Shown: positions 1-9,456, counted from the stretch's first letter. The stretch is DNA of 20,000 nucleotides from an uncultured virus (IMG/VR IMGVR_UViG_2029527006_000008) (IMGVR_UViG_2029527006_000008:106168-126167); one strand, 5' to 3'. The notes: a model not told the origin generated them from the letters alone. Numbers and translations are program-made.

Positions 1-9
1 TCCCTTTTA

Positions 10-65
10 AAACATAACCGAGCTTAGTGGGGTAACACCCACTAAGTCAGGTAAATTTTATGTTT
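10..65. terminator. Intergenic hairpin, putative terminator of the upstream unit
   Basis: CTTAGTGGG (23-31) pairs with CCCACTAAG (38-46) around loop GTAACA. Outer inverted repeat AAACATAA (10-17)/TTATGTTT (58-65), followed by T-rich sequence. Confidence 0.7.
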
Positions 66-88
66 ATTTTCATAAGGAACTTATCGCT

Positions 89-1600
89 ATGGGTGCCACA
101 CAAACCACCTTTGCCGGGTCCATAGAAACCTACCGCTCGATTACGCGACCGGTGATCTACGACTCTATTATTTCCGTACTCAAGTACTTTGGTCTTGAGG
201 GCGCTAAAAACGTTTATTTTAACGGTGAAGCAGAAATCACCAAAATGATCGGCAGCGACTTTGGTGATAATCAAGCCAACACGCTTTACACCGATGGCAT
301 TTTCCGGAACAAGGTTTATGCTGTTGCCGCTATCGAACCCTCGGAATTCAACAACGGCTACCACAACCAGCGTCGTGACGCCACAGAGATGCCGTTCTGG
401 TTAGACAAAAGCATCGGTATGTACTTCACGCCAGAGTTTGCCGGACGCACGGTAACCGTGGAGTTGAACTCGCACTTTACTTCTCGTATTGCCGCCCAAG
501 AATTCGTGAACAAAATCAACTACACCACCAGTCAGATGTTAACCATGATGACGTTTGACGGTGAAGGACACCTGCCGTTGAATGACGGTATCCTGGAGTT
601 GATGAGTGACGTTCACGCACTGCTGGTAACAAACAAGATACGTAGCGACGCTTTCCCACAATACCTGGTTGAGAAAAAGCTGCGTGACTTCACCATCATC
701 AACAACGTAGCCGGCAATAACTCTACCTTGGTCTACCCGATTAAACTGCGCGACATGCAGATTGAGTTTGAAGAGCCGCAGGTGCGTCTGGCTCAGAAAG
801 GTCAGACCATGGGGCAGTACGAGGTGGGGTTCGCCTATAAGTTCTTCTACAACGAGTTCATTGGTTGGCGAATTACCTATCCGTTGCAGGTGCATCAGGA
901 CGAGATCCCAGCGAAGTGGGTAGTCACCAATCGCGATCTGTATCGTCAGTCGGTTCCTTATCACGGCGCGGCTAACCCTGAATACGTAGCCGGGGTGCGT
1001 TTGCTCACCAACCTAGGTCTGACACAGGCCCCTTATTATCTGGTGCTGCCGCATCACGATAACTGGGAGCGCCCGCACAAGGCGAAACTGAACCAGCTTA
1101 TTCAGGTGCGTTTGCGCGTAGATGACGTTGCGGGTGAACAGCTGCTCTGTAATCTGTTTGAGATCCCTGAGTTCCAGTGGGATGATGATGCCAAAGCTTA
1201 CTTGTTGCGTCGTCATGACAAGGTATTTAACCGCCACGATACTCCGATTCACTTCGAGGTGTACTCGGACGATCTTCAGGTTGAACCCAATCAGCTGCGT
1301 ATGGATGAAGCAGGTAACATCTTTATCAAACGCGAACCCACCACCACGCGTTTACAACACCTCATTATCAACATCGACTACTCGGTAGAGGATTACTCTG
1401 ACGATTACTGGAGCGATGCGCGTGATAATGGTGGGGGTTTACTGCCCAATATCTTCCCGTGGTGGGATTGGCCGAACATGCCGGGGAATTGGCAAGAGAA
1501 CCTGCCAGACGGTTTACCGGTTGACATCAAGCGCAACTGGAATCAGTACGAGATGGAACTGGGGCTCATTGTCAAGAACATCAAAACCTTTAGGAGTTAA
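89..1600 (+). CDS. Putative virion structural protein (phiKZ gp98-like by synteny; possible tail-terminator/neck protein)
   Basis: 503-aa ORF with SD AAGGA upstream. First of four tightly packed genes before the helicase-MCP block. The segment RTVTVELNSHFTSRIAAQEFVNKI is reminiscent of T4 gp15-type terminators (weak, by eye). Confidence 0.55.
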   Translation: MGATQTTFAGSIETYRSITRPVIYDSIISVLKYFGLEGAKNVYFNGEAEITKMIGSDFGDNQANTLYTDGIFRNKVYAVAAIEPSEFNNGYHNQRRDATEMPFWLDKSIGMYFTPEFAGRTVTVELNSHFTSRIAAQEFVNKINYTTSQMLTMMTFDGEGHLPLNDGILELMSDVHALLVTNKIRSDAFPQYLVEKKLRDFTIINNVAGNNSTLVYPIKLRDMQIEFEEPQVRLAQKGQTMGQYEVGFAYKFFYNEFIGWRITYPLQVHQDEIPAKWVVTNRDLYRQSVPYHGAANPEYVAGVRLLTNLGLTQAPYYLVLPHHDNWERPHKAKLNQLIQVRLRVDDVAGEQLLCNLFEIPEFQWDDDAKAYLLRRHDKVFNRHDTPIHFEVYSDDLQVEPNQLRMDEAGNIFIKREPTTTRLQHLIINIDYSVEDYSDDYWSDARDNGGGLLPNIFPWWDWPNMPGNWQENLPDGLPVDIKRNWNQYEMELGLIVKNIKTFRS

Positions 1601-1602
1601 TC

Positions 1603-2880
1603 ATGGCTTTAAGTATCACGCCGGTAGGTCAAGCACCCAGCCCGCCACCAGAAGCGCCTAAGATCTATTCTGAAGCGTATAAGCACAGCATCGTGGAGAG
1701 CGTGTACCAGAACGAAGGATCGTTCCTCTCCATGGTTCCTGGCACGCCTGTGCTCACTGAGTACCATCGTCAGGCACAGAAGAACAACGAAGAACTGCAC
1801 GCTTTCCAGCCAGGGTCAGGCACCTACCAGAGTCATACCCGTATCAAAGACGTTATACTGAAGTTCCGTGATGAAAACTTCAGCTTTGATGCCACTACCG
1901 CAGTATCGGGTAAAACGGGTTCGGCTTATGCTTTCTTTGGCTTGGTGCCGTTGGTGGGCGATTTCTTTATTGCTGACATCGGCGATGGCAACGCGGGCTG
2001 GTTTACGGTTACGGCGCTGTCTATTCCTGAATTCACCGCAAACAAGGTCTATCAGATCGAGTGGGTCTTTAACGGTATCTTAACTGAACCAATATGGAAA
2101 GAGATGGAGAGTATGATCGTTGAGGACCTCGTGTACTCACGCGACCAGCATCTCAATGGCGGTACGCCAATCATTTCTACCGGCGAATTCGATCTCAAGA
2201 AAAAGATTTGGAGCTGGTACCCAACGATCGTTCACTACGTCTACGAAGAGTTCTACTGGGAAGAAGAGCGCACGCTGGCGTTAGAAGACAACGGCAAGCA
2301 CTATTACGATCCCTACTTGGTCAAAGCTTTCCTTTCTATGGCCAAGAGCGAATCCCTGGGAACGTATCCGCGTTTAACTACGTTGGGTCTGGAGTACGGT
2401 GGGAATCTAAAAGCACAGCACGGCGTGTACAACATCTGGGACGTGCTGTTCCGTGGTGACTGGAACACCCTGCGTCGCTGCAAGAACACCGCGGCTATCG
2501 TGGACGTGAAGCGTCTGTACTCCACGCGCACCTACAACAACATCCGTTCCAGCAGCTTTGACGGCGTAGTGGTGACTAACCCAGAAGATTTCGCGGATAT
2601 GTCGGGATGGTACAGTTGGATGGATCTCATTCCGACCTACAACCCACTGCCCAACATCAAGATGGCTTACCTGTTTAGTGAAGACTTCTATCAGGGCAAA
2701 CCACAGGGTGTGTTTGAGAACCTGGTTGTGGACGTACTGAAAAACGACATCGTCGATCTCAAGCGCATTCACGACTTCCTGGAAACCTATTGGGATCTCC
2801 CCACCAAGTTGCAGTTCTACTACGCGCCTATCCTATTGTTAATGATTTTTAAATCACGCAAGATGGGTAAAGTGTTATGA
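1603..2880 (+). CDS. Putative virion structural protein (phiKZ gp99-like; possible neck/head-completion protein)
   Basis: 425-aa ORF with strong SD AGGAG. Motif G-x-A...PLVGDFFIADIGDG-x-x-G-x-F-x-V is as I recall it in jumbo-phage virion proteins, and loosely resembles the P-x-x-GD motif of T4 gp14. Confidence 0.6.
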   Translation: MALSITPVGQAPSPPPEAPKIYSEAYKHSIVESVYQNEGSFLSMVPGTPVLTEYHRQAQKNNEELHAFQPGSGTYQSHTRIKDVILKFRDENFSFDATTAVSGKTGSAYAFFGLVPLVGDFFIADIGDGNAGWFTVTALSIPEFTANKVYQIEWVFNGILTEPIWKEMESMIVEDLVYSRDQHLNGGTPIISTGEFDLKKKIWSWYPTIVHYVYEEFYWEEERTLALEDNGKHYYDPYLVKAFLSMAKSESLGTYPRLTTLGLEYGGNLKAQHGVYNIWDVLFRGDWNTLRRCKNTAAIVDVKRLYSTRTYNNIRSSSFDGVVVTNPEDFADMSGWYSWMDLIPTYNPLPNIKMAYLFSEDFYQGKPQGVFENLVVDVLKNDIVDLKRIHDFLETYWDLPTKLQFYYAPILLLMIFKSRKMGKVL

Positions 2881-3587
2881 TTGAAATTGAACGTTACCAC
2901 GCAATAAGGTCGCGAGCAATTACGCTGCATGCGATAATTACCAAGCGCACCTTTCCGTTTTGGGTGTTCCCTAGCCACACCATGACCACAGACCAAATTC
3001 GTGACCGCGTCGCCTACATGTCCAACGATACCGTGCCGGATTCTGACGTCTATGCACGACCGGTAAAGCGTGGACTCACGATTGAGAAAGCCATTAAGCT
3101 ACTGGAAAACGTCACGGACGATCAACCATTAAAAGTTGATCAGCCCAATAAAAACGTGATTCAGATCGTGGACACGATTCAGGAGTATAACTCGCTGTGG
3201 TATGAGCTCTATCTCACGAACTCTAACTACGGCAGCATTAACCCTGAAGAGATACGTTACCTGGAACAGCTTGCCTTCTACATGTTTGACGACTACGCCC
3301 GCATCAAGCTCTATTTAGATCAGCGTGCGCATCGTGAAGATGAACGGCAAAGCGGCAAAGCAGGAAACGGGTTACTGGGATTGGTGGGGTTGTTCCAGTT
3401 AGACCACAAAACGGGAAGGCATCAACGTCCGGAGTTTATTTCCTATTACGATCTTCTTACCACGCGTGTGTTGCCGAACATCGGACACATTCCTCAAGAC
3501 GCTTACAACGTACCTGCCCGCAATAACGTGGACACTCTGTTGCGTCAAGAAGAAGCACGCAAGGAGTTTGGTATCTGGGGGTCGTAA
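2877..3587 (+). CDS. Hypothetical jumbo-phage protein (phiKZ gp100 position)
   Basis: 236-aa ORF with ATGA overlap on the upstream stop (translational coupling). No recognisable motif. Confidence 0.6.
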   Translation: MIEIERYHAIRSRAITLHAIITKRTFPFWVFPSHTMTTDQIRDRVAYMSNDTVPDSDVYARPVKRGLTIEKAIKLLENVTDDQPLKVDQPNKNVIQIVDTIQEYNSLWYELYLTNSNYGSINPEEIRYLEQLAFYMFDDYARIKLYLDQRAHREDERQSGKAGNGLLGLVGLFQLDHKTGRHQRPEFISYYDLLTTRVLPNIGHIPQDAYNVPARNNVDTLLRQEEARKEFGIWGS

Positions 3588-4925
3588 GTGGAAATCTCAA
3601 AACCGCTACAGAACTTAATCACGCAGGCCCGAACAGTATCCAAAGCAGGCACCAACCGCTACTACCGTTTGTCAGCCACGCTGATTACGCCGACGCAACA
3701 TATTCCGGTGTATTTGATCAGTCACTTTGATCGCACCGCGATGTTTGCGTCGTCTCGCGCAGACGACTACCGGTTAACCTGCCAGATTCAACCCGGTCTT
3801 TACCTCAAGCAAGTGTTGCCGTTTTCAGACAATCTCAAGCTAGAGGTCATTGAGCGAGAAGGATTGAAACAGACTTCCCGTATGTTTCGCTGCATCCCGC
3901 TGACCAACAACGATCCAGAGATGTCGGGCAACAACACCAAGGTCAGTAACCTGGAGAACTTTGATAGCTTAAACATTATCACGGTTAACCTTCAGCTACA
4001 GGAGCTCGGCTTCGCGATTCTGCGTAACAGCTTTACCACTGACTCGGTGTTCTTCCTGGCACGCACTGACAAGGCCCTACAGCACGCTCTGATCACAGAT
4101 GGAGCTGAAGTAGGGTTATCAGGTGCTGATGCTTTCCGGGGTGTAGATATGCCGATAGAGGGCGATAACGCCAAAGTCTATAAGCACATTGAAATCCCAG
4201 ACGGTACGCGGTTAATGGATCTTCCGACTTATCTTCAGAACGATGACAAGTACGGGATCTATTCTGCTGGACTGGCGTGTTTCTATCGCAAGGGAATGTT
4301 TTACCTGTTCCCACCTTTCTTGATGGGTCGATACAAAACAGCCGCTCGTGTATTGGATATCTTCCGCTTTCCTGAGGATGCTACACCAACGTTGGAAACC
4401 ACCTGGTACACCAACAATAAAACGGTGACGATCTTGTCAACCGGGCACTCCAAGCATCAGTCAACAGTTGACATCACGCGCCAGAACAACGGCGTGGGTA
4501 AACGTATTATTAACCCAGATGCACTGTCAGGCAAAGCCGGTAACTTCTACGCGAAAGGTAAAGCCATCACTACCCGCTCAGACTCCATGAGTGAGTACCA
4601 GACAGCACAACGCGGTTCGGGCGAACAGATCTCCGTCTATGACCGTAATCCCGCAGAGAACATCTACAAGGGTCTTTCTGAGACTGCTTACAACGATGGT
4701 GAACTCATTACGATTCCGTGGGATCAATCCAATGCTGAACTCATCACACCAGGCATGCCGTGTAAGTATTACTTCACGCAAGCAAACGATGTGTTGGTAG
4801 AAGTTGAGGGCGTGGTGTTGGGCGTTATCAGTCAGTCAGTGCAAAACGATACGCAGCCGAATACGGTGTTCCGTGAACGCTCAACGCTGTTTGTGTTTCT
4901 GGTCTATGAAGGTTTGGATACATAA
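3588..4925 (+). CDS. Putative virion structural protein, baseplate-hub-like (phiKZ gp101-like)
   Basis: 445-aa ORF whose GTG start directly follows the upstream TAA. Motifs LPTYLQ..YGIYSAGLACF and WDQSNAELITPGMPCKYYF resemble T4 gp27/VgrG-like hub architecture. Ends at a hairpin. Confidence 0.55.
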   Translation: MEISKPLQNLITQARTVSKAGTNRYYRLSATLITPTQHIPVYLISHFDRTAMFASSRADDYRLTCQIQPGLYLKQVLPFSDNLKLEVIEREGLKQTSRMFRCIPLTNNDPEMSGNNTKVSNLENFDSLNIITVNLQLQELGFAILRNSFTTDSVFFLARTDKALQHALITDGAEVGLSGADAFRGVDMPIEGDNAKVYKHIEIPDGTRLMDLPTYLQNDDKYGIYSAGLACFYRKGMFYLFPPFLMGRYKTAARVLDIFRFPEDATPTLETTWYTNNKTVTILSTGHSKHQSTVDITRQNNGVGKRIINPDALSGKAGNFYAKGKAITTRSDSMSEYQTAQRGSGEQISVYDRNPAENIYKGLSETAYNDGELITIPWDQSNAELITPGMPCKYYFTQANDVLVEVEGVVLGVISQSVQNDTQPNTVFRERSTLFVFLVYEGLDT

Positions 4926-4965
4926 CTCACTACTCTACTCCCGCTGGGGAGTAGAGTAGCTTATG
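4921..4965. terminator. Bidirectional terminator-like hairpin between convergent genes
   Basis: Perfect 13-bp stem CTACTCTACTCCC (4930-4942)/GGGAGTAGAGTAG (4947-4959), loop GCTG, flanked by CATAA/TTATG. Confidence 0.8.
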
Positions 4966-4975
4966 CTTATTGGGC

Positions 4976-6529
4976 TTATGCCGCTATGTCGAAATCATCT
5001 TCTCCCGGTACTGAATCACCAAAGTCATTAAGACGATGGGTGATCTTCTTACGACACATCGGCTTGCCTGCGATATCGTGAACCAAACCAAGTACAGGAT
5101 CCAGATCGTAGATACCAAATGAGAACGCAGGGTCGCCCGCATCACCACGAATCTTACCGATTGCGTAGGTGAAGTAGTTACCTGTTGAAGTCTTGGCAAC
5201 GTGAATGGTAATTTCTGCATCCACTTCGTTCGTTAACTTAGTGGAGGTTTCTGTCATCGACTTACCCGCTACCATCTGAGCAAAGTAAATCTCACTGTCA
5301 TCATCTGATTCCCTGAGCAGTCGTTTCGCGTCCGGGTTAAGCTGATGAGGCGTGTTGAAACAGATACCGCGAGCAGAAGTAAACGCACGTGCTTTACGCA
5401 GCAGGATTTGCAGTCGGTCAGATTTGCTGTCACCCAATATGCCATCGAGTTCCATCATCGCTAAGTAGTCATAGACATACATGATGATTTCGTGACCGCG
5501 CATTTCCAGCTTACGGATACGTGCGCAGAAGTTAGCGTAGTTATCTTTGTTCGGCTCAATCTGGTTAAAGATGAAGTACCAACCGTTCTCGATAAACGCT
5601 TCGGTAATGGTGGTGTAGATCTCTTCTGACGTGACTTCTTCAAACGGACGCAGCTTGCCGGTCTTGGCCACACAGATGAGTTTGTACATACGGTTAAGAA
5701 TAAGTTCGATACCGTCTTCTGCTGAATCCAGAACGATGGTTGGAATCTTACTCTTGTTACGCAGCATCGGTGTTGCTTTATTATACAGACCAGTCGATGC
5801 AATCGCATGACCCATCATGAGAGACTTACCACGGTTAGTCAGGGCGTTCCACAGATACGTCTTACCGCGACGCAACCCTTGGTCTGGACCTAAGCCCTTG
5901 TTGATGCCCTGGATGCCTAACTTAATGATACCATCGCCATTCTGTTCACGCTGAGCACGTTCAATGATTTCCAGGAAGGGATCTTTATCTTCCGAAGAAA
6001 CCGACTCAACAACCTCGCTCTGCTTCTCTTCATTATAAGCTTGGTTGATCTTGCCCTGAATGACATCCATGAACTCTACCCAGTCGTTTTTCTGGAACTG
6101 GCGGAGTTCTTTGAAGTGGAAGTCCTTGATCTTCTTTTTCAGTGCATCGTTGATCTTGGTGGTTTCTTGCTCCTTCTTGATTTCGTCGATATGTTTGTAG
6201 ATAATCTGACGAGTACGTTCTGTTGTCGGATAGTCTTCCAACCCCACTTCCAGCAGATCTTTCAGCTCAGGTGCTTCTTTTACAAACGAATACACCCTCT
6301 GCATGAGCATTGATTTTATGATCGCTTCATCGTCCGGTTGCTCTAAGATCCAGTCGATGGTGGAACGAATAGCACTGTCAGTCTTGCGATCTTGGACAAA
6401 CACATCCGTGTTGGGGGTTTTTAACGTTCCGAGAACATCGGTCAACTCATTTAACAATCCGCGGTCTTTCAACTTCTTTGCATGATAAAAGCAAGTAAGG
6501 ACTTTTACCAACATTAACAGATGACCCAT
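4976..6529 (-). CDS. dnaB: DnaB-like (SF4) replicative DNA helicase, phiKZ gp118-like
   Basis: 517 aa. GLRRG...ALTNRGKS Walker A, DSAED (H1a, catalytic E), YVYDYLAMM Walker B, TPHQL (H3), GKIRG arginine finger. SD GGAG upstream on the - strand. Lies antisense just upstream of the MCP, as in phiKZ-like phages. Confidence 0.9.
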   Translation of the reverse strand: MGHLLMLVKVLTCFYHAKKLKDRGLLNELTDVLGTLKTPNTDVFVQDRKTDSAIRSTIDWILEQPDDEAIIKSMLMQRVYSFVKEAPELKDLLEVGLEDYPTTERTRQIIYKHIDEIKKEQETTKINDALKKKIKDFHFKELRQFQKNDWVEFMDVIQGKINQAYNEEKQSEVVESVSSEDKDPFLEIIERAQREQNGDGIIKLGIQGINKGLGPDQGLRRGKTYLWNALTNRGKSLMMGHAIASTGLYNKATPMLRNKSKIPTIVLDSAEDGIELILNRMYKLICVAKTGKLRPFEEVTSEEIYTTITEAFIENGWYFIFNQIEPNKDNYANFCARIRKLEMRGHEIIMYVYDYLAMMELDGILGDSKSDRLQILLRKARAFTSARGICFNTPHQLNPDAKRLLRESDDDSEIYFAQMVAGKSMTETSTKLTNEVDAEITIHVAKTSTGNYFTYAIGKIRGDAGDPAFSFGIYDLDPVLGLVHDIAGKPMCRKKITHRLNDFGDSVPGEDDFDIAA

Positions 6530-6547
6530 ATTAACTCCGGTGACAAC

Positions 6548-7105
6548 ATGAAATTTATTTTGAAGAATGTGAACGAGAAAACCGACTTCTGGGTCTTGAC
6601 CTCAGACATGGTCAGTCTTATCGAAAAAAATGGTATAAAATATTCCGAGCTTAATGAGCTGGGGAAGAAGTTGAATAAATTAACATTTGATGAGGTGGGT
6701 AGTTTCTTTTTACTCCAGGGTCTTGTGTTAAAACGCCTGGGTAAACCGGAAGTTGACTATCCTATTGAGACGTCAAATGCAACACAGACTGCGCTCTTGA
6801 AAGAGGTTATCACATCACGTGATGACATTAAGCAGTATTTTATTGAATTATTGCAGCACCACAACACATACTTCTATCGTCGCGCTGAAAGCGGACTTGT
6901 TCTGATGATCGCGGACAGAGGTTGTGTGCAATCTGATTACCCAAACTGGACGATGCTTAAAGCAGACAAGTTGGCAATGGCGATCATGGATACACTCTAT
7001 GAGAACTTTGGTTATCAGGATCTGCACTTTAACGCAGTAATCCAGGCGGGTGTCAACGAGTTCACTCTCTCGAACGCATTCTATGCACTGGAACAAGAGC
7101 CTTGA
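6548..7105 (+). CDS. Hypothetical protein between helicase and MCP (185 aa)
   Basis: ATG 6548 is preceded by SD-like GGTG and is preferred over 6521, which would overlap the helicase start. No recognisable motif. Confidence 0.65.
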   Translation: MKFILKNVNEKTDFWVLTSDMVSLIEKNGIKYSELNELGKKLNKLTFDEVGSFFLLQGLVLKRLGKPEVDYPIETSNATQTALLKEVITSRDDIKQYFIELLQHHNTYFYRRAESGLVLMIADRGCVQSDYPNWTMLKADKLAMAIMDTLYENFGYQDLHFNAVIQAGVNEFTLSNAFYALEQEP

Positions 7106-7124
7106 CGTAGACTATAGCTATCAC

Positions 7125-7200
7125 TGTTATATTTTATGCGCAAGCGAGTTAACAAATATATTTGTTTATTTCATGTCTTAACTGAAACAGAAGGATTTAT
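7125..7200 (+). promoter_or_regulatory. AT-rich MCP leader with candidate late (nvRNAP) TATG start motif, 16-bp palindrome and SD
   Basis: ATTTTATG at 7131-7138 (phiKZ late promoters have TATG at the TSS). AACAAATATATTTGTT at 7151-7166. AAGGA at 7191-7195. Confidence 0.4.
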
Positions 7201-7203
7201 ACG

Positions 7204-9456
7204 ATGGCTTTTAAAGACGTCAAAGCTGGAGTTCGCAACACCGGCAACCTTATTAAGCAGGCGATGGACCTGACCAAGAACCAGTCGTTCGCTGCCCTGA
7301 GCGGCGTTGAGTCATTCAACGATGCACAGCAACAGTTCGGCACAATCTTCGGTGGCGAAGGCTTCAATACCTTCCAGAAGGGCATGACTGATAACCTGTC
7401 CCACGGCGGCTTCGACGCAGCTAAAGCAGCGATCGGTCGTAACAACATCAACGAAATCGCGGCGTCTGTCTTCACCACCGACGTGCTGAGCGACATCGCG
7501 AAACGTCAGGGTCTGGAATCTTTCACCCTGGCACAGTTCCCGGGCCAGAGCATGGAAACCAAAGCGGTTAACATCGTTCTGAACACCCAAACTCGTCTGC
7601 AGACCAAAGCTGCTGAAGAGCTGTACAAAACCATCTCCGTGCGTTACGAAGATGAAGGTGTGAAACTGACCGTGCGTGCTGCCGGCGTAGGTTCTTATGT
7701 TTCCGGTGCTTCTGCATGGGAAAGCATGACCGAACTGACTCCGATCTTCGGCATCCTGCGTAATGGCGACATCTTCAAAGATGACGTACTGCGCGTGTGG
7801 CCGGTTCTGCCTGCTGATGCAGACGACGAAAACGCACAGCTGTTCATCGACGCGAGCATCAAAGCGCCGGTTGATCAGGAATACCCTACCGGTGACGCAT
7901 ACGGTCGTCAGGATCACCTGACTCAGATGCTGGCCGTTCCTGGCGTAGTTAACAACCTGCTGGGCCTGTGCACCGCACCTGGTCAGCGTCCGTGGACCGA
8001 TACCGACGATATCGAATCAGCTTCTATCCGTATTCTGGAGCTGGGCTTCGCTGGTAAACTGAACGGTAAAGACATCCAGGCATTCGTGCCGACCGAGTCT
8101 ATGACCAACATCAACATGTCTCCGACCTCTGTTGGCCAGAACTCGAACGACCGTGATCTCGACATCACGCTGCGTCACCTGCCGGTTACCGCGCTGGTTG
8201 ACAAAGACGGTAAGTCTGTGAAGGCGCTGTTCCAGGCGTTCTATGACAAAGGCCTCGAGCCGAACCTGAACGTGCGCATGACCGCTCGTTATAACCGTCA
8301 GAGCTACCGTCTGGAGCTGACCACTGGTAAAGTTACCATTGAGTCCCTGACCGATCTGAACGACAACAACAAGCGTATCACGCACAGCAGCGCAACTGAA
8401 GATCAGAAAGCCCTGCTGAACGCGCTGAAAGGCGGCCTGGTGAATGCGGCGACTCCGTCCATGAACCTGACCAACGCCTCTAACGGCAACTTCGGTTACC
8501 GTCTGGAAGTGTTTGACACCAGCAAAGAACTGACCACTCGTCGTCAGGATCCGATCTCTGTCAAATACCCGGTCCGTCCGGAAGATGTGAACAAAGAAGC
8601 GCTGGACGACGCTGTTAGCTACATGGGTGTTACCATCCAGACTAACTGCTCGAAGAAAGCCTTCGAAACTGCGTACAAACATCTGGACTACCTCACCTCT
8701 ATCGATGGTGCGCCGGTTGTTGACAACGAAAACGGCGGTAACGATCTGCCGGGTCGTATGTACGTTAAAGCGTCTACCGTTCACCGTTCGTTCCGTATTC
8801 AGGATCACATCAGTTCTCCTGAAAACATCGACGTGTTCGATAACGTCTGCTCCCTGCTGCTGACTGAAATCCAGGACATCACTGCCGCGCTGGCATTCAA
8901 ATCCGGCATCGCCGCGATCAACGAATACAGCGGTATCGCGAAGACTAAATGGTCTGTGATCGTTCACCAGAACCTCGAGCGCTTCCTGATGCGTTCTGGC
9001 GACGCGCGTATCACCGCGTCTGAAGATTTCAACATCGTTGCGACTAACTTCGACAGCATGATCGGTAAGATCCTGATCGTTCCTCAGAACGACTCGACTG
9101 AAGATCGCATCAACCCGCTCGGCGGCATCGGTGTTAACGTTGCTAAAGAGAACGTCGTTCTGCACGGCCAGGTAACTCGTGGCAACCAGGACTTCGGCGT
9201 GATGATGACCATGCCGTGCTACCTGCACTGGAACCTGAACGTAATCGTTGGCTCTCTGGTCATCGAAGACGCTGCAGACTTCCTGGGCGACGCTGGCGTG
9301 TTCTTCAAACTGGGCGGCGTTAAAGTTAGCTCTGCTCCGGGCACTGCTGTTAACACCAACAGCAATGGCGCTGCAACTGGTCCTTCTGAAGTGAAGATCG
9401 TCAATGACGCTACTTCTCCGGTTGTGACTCAGGCTGTACCTGCCTCGGGAAACTGA
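7204..9456 (+). CDS. Major capsid protein precursor (phiKZ gp120-like)
   Basis: 750 aa, the size expected for phiKZ-type MCPs. Extreme high-expression codon bias (CTG, CGT, GGT/GGC, AAC, ATC). N-terminal propeptide with G-x-E motifs. Sits between the helicase and the nvRNAP beta gene, and is followed by a strong terminator. Confidence 0.88.
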   Translation: MAFKDVKAGVRNTGNLIKQAMDLTKNQSFAALSGVESFNDAQQQFGTIFGGEGFNTFQKGMTDNLSHGGFDAAKAAIGRNNINEIAASVFTTDVLSDIAKRQGLESFTLAQFPGQSMETKAVNIVLNTQTRLQTKAAEELYKTISVRYEDEGVKLTVRAAGVGSYVSGASAWESMTELTPIFGILRNGDIFKDDVLRVWPVLPADADDENAQLFIDASIKAPVDQEYPTGDAYGRQDHLTQMLAVPGVVNNLLGLCTAPGQRPWTDTDDIESASIRILELGFAGKLNGKDIQAFVPTESMTNINMSPTSVGQNSNDRDLDITLRHLPVTALVDKDGKSVKALFQAFYDKGLEPNLNVRMTARYNRQSYRLELTTGKVTIESLTDLNDNNKRITHSSATEDQKALLNALKGGLVNAATPSMNLTNASNGNFGYRLEVFDTSKELTTRRQDPISVKYPVRPEDVNKEALDDAVSYMGVTIQTNCSKKAFETAYKHLDYLTSIDGAPVVDNENGGNDLPGRMYVKASTVHRSFRIQDHISSPENIDVFDNVCSLLLTEIQDITAALAFKSGIAAINEYSGIAKTKWSVIVHQNLERFLMRSGDARITASEDFNIVATNFDSMIGKILIVPQNDSTEDRINPLGGIGVNVAKENVVLHGQVTRGNQDFGVMMTMPCYLHWNLNVIVGSLVIEDAADFLGDAGVFFKLGGVKVSSAPGTAVNTNSNGAATGPSEVKIVNDATSPVVTQAVPASGN

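Noticed and set aside
6521..6547. ORF-track start at 6521 for the + strand gene
   Set aside because: It overlaps the helicase start codon on the other strand. ATG 6548 has an SD-like GGTG.
7102..7133. Sigma70-like TTGACG ... TATATT upstream of the MCP
   Set aside because: The spacer is 20 nt, which is too long, and phiKZ-like phages use their own RNAPs. Only an extended -10-like TGnTATATT remains, which is weak in AT-rich DNA.
7312..9228. Long antisense ORFs (403 aa and 201 aa) opposite the MCP
   Set aside because: Expected shadow of strong codon bias in a highly expressed gene, which avoids TTA/CTA/TCA. The sequence is not protein-like and has no SD.
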